Position numbers and translations under genes: made by a program. DNA of 64,000 nucleotides from positions 1 through 64,000 of the IMG/VR virus record IMGVR_UViG_3300013132_000031. One strand, 5' to 3'. The stretch is from a virus. Every line of letters begins with the position of its first letter. Positions within the stretch are counted from its first letter, which is position 1. The notes below the pieces were generated by a model. That model searched no databases, was not told where the DNA came from, and saw nothing but the letters and a program-made list of their open reading frames with translations. Below are positions 63,801 through 64,000 of the stretch, in pieces.

Positions 63801-64000
63801 CTTGTAACATTGCCAGTCACACTCAAACTGGGCAACACTCCCACATTGGTAGCCACCACACCAGACAGTTGTGAACCGTCACCAACGAACACTCCGCCTA
63901 CTATGCTGCCAAGTGCAGTGATTTTGCCTGCTGTGATAATGTTGCCACCAGTGACATTGGCCAAAGTAGTGATTGCGCTGACACTGTTTAGTGCTGACAT
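60896..64000 (-). CDS. Long repeat-rich tail fibre, 5' end beyond the window
   Basis: Dozens of TAGLI(S/T)ATGN(I/V)TGGN(I/L) repeats; C-terminal DDAIALSIALG. Confidence 0.75.
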   Translation of the reverse strand: MSALNSVSAITTLANVTGGNIITAGKITALGSIVGGVFVGDGSQLSGVVATNVGVLPSLSVTGNVTSGNLNSLGQISAVGNITGGNLQATGLSLSGNVLTPLNVTGNIVSNNLAVINDITGANNFVTNYIQANVLVVSVSLSASGNVIGGNVNSYAAVSATGNVTGGNVRTAGLITATGTITGGNVLTGGIISATGAITGANITGDNILTAGLISAAGNVTGGNVIAVSLVSAAAVSATGNVNSGNLRTAGLISAVGNIIGGNIQGGANVNAVTHTGFTVSVSGNISGSNVIAADTINAQFFTGTSTLMTGNVSGSNVNANLGIYAQSASVSGNVTGGNAVISGAVSAASMSATGALLAGNITTGGFVAAAGNVSGGNLITGAALSAAFGVVIGNIVGGNLITTGLVTATGNITGSNVIAISAVSAASMVATGNITGGNLITTGTIAVASISATGNITSANLVATDRVTAVGNVIGGNIITAGIVSATGNVAANAVNAANLSLTGNVLSVLNSTNNITTSADITGNNLIGNGTLVTNVTAVNVGVLSSISITGNTQSGNVRTAGQVSATGNITGGNLVAVLAVSSDSVSTATITATGNITGGNVSAVANVSAAIVNATGNVIGGNISTLGQITAAANVTGANFLTAGQVSATGNVTGGNIVTAGQVSVTGNVLTNGIISATGNIFSSGNIQAHTFIGNVTGSLTLTGANSQVLYNQLGSIGSGAGLVFDYAANALTIAGAITTTSGGDLTVAGKTTVTGNISTVIGNIDGGNILATTLLSSAGNIVGANLVTGGLITAVGNITGGNLNAASEVVATGNIVGGNIVTAGLITATGNVTGGNLVTAALMQSGTVSATGNITGGNIQTAGLVTATGNVTGGNIITSALVEGLTISATGNVIGGNVSTAGLITATGNITGGNINTAGSITATGNIVGSVINATSQLQGVAISVTGNITGGNVISNGAISATGNITGGNLRAAGLSLSGNVLSALNMTTNITTTGNITANNIAATTSINIAGAVAATVDDAIALSIALG

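Noticed and set aside
57354-64000. Diversity-generating retroelement or CRISPR in the tail fibre repeats
   Set aside because: There is no reverse transcriptase in the window and no template/variable pair with adenine-specific differences was seen; the repeats vary at synonymous sites.
1-64000. Stop-codon reassignment
   Set aside because: Core genes are intact in the standard code, and TAA, TGA and TAG (e.g. 19628) all end genes.
1-64000. tRNA, rRNA, introns or inteins
   Set aside because: Intergenic gaps are short and no cloverleaf was recognised; terL, uvsX and uvsW are normal length with no insertions.

Overview
This 64 kb window is part of a large lytic, T4-superfamily-like myovirus genome using the standard genetic code, with most genes on the minus strand. 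No host can be assigned from this window alone. Replication and recombination genes include UvsW, UvsX, UvsY, gp32 SSB, a gp62-like clamp-loader subunit, a dNMP kinase, a 3'-5' exonuclease and a 192-aa miniature DnaE-like catalytic core. Morphogenesis genes include the large and probable small terminase, head completion gp4, tail tube, an enlarged sheath, neck proteins gp13/gp14/gp15 and repeat-rich tail fibres. Between them lie many modification enzymes: four KpsS/KpsC-like and several other glycosyltransferases, at least six methyltransferases (one PRMT-like), four radical SAM proteins, SGNH proteins and a 2OG-Fe(II)-like protein. Two promoter classes are readable: sigma70-type TTGACN-17-TATAAT/TATACT, mostly with an extended TG, and T4-late-like TAAATA. 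Four observations stand out. (1) A large probable head-internal protein is built from unrelated in-frame modules bounded by five copies of a DNA-level repeat (core TGGCGGAAGG, peptide QGVAEG), resembling a shufflable, protease-cleaved cassette polyprotein. (2) A terminator-linked RNA hairpin has a loop antisense to the ribosome-binding leader shared by three early genes. (3) The glycan-synthesis locus is driven by late promoters. (4) The DnaE-like protein is far smaller than normal. All product calls come from motif recognition by eye; no database search was run.
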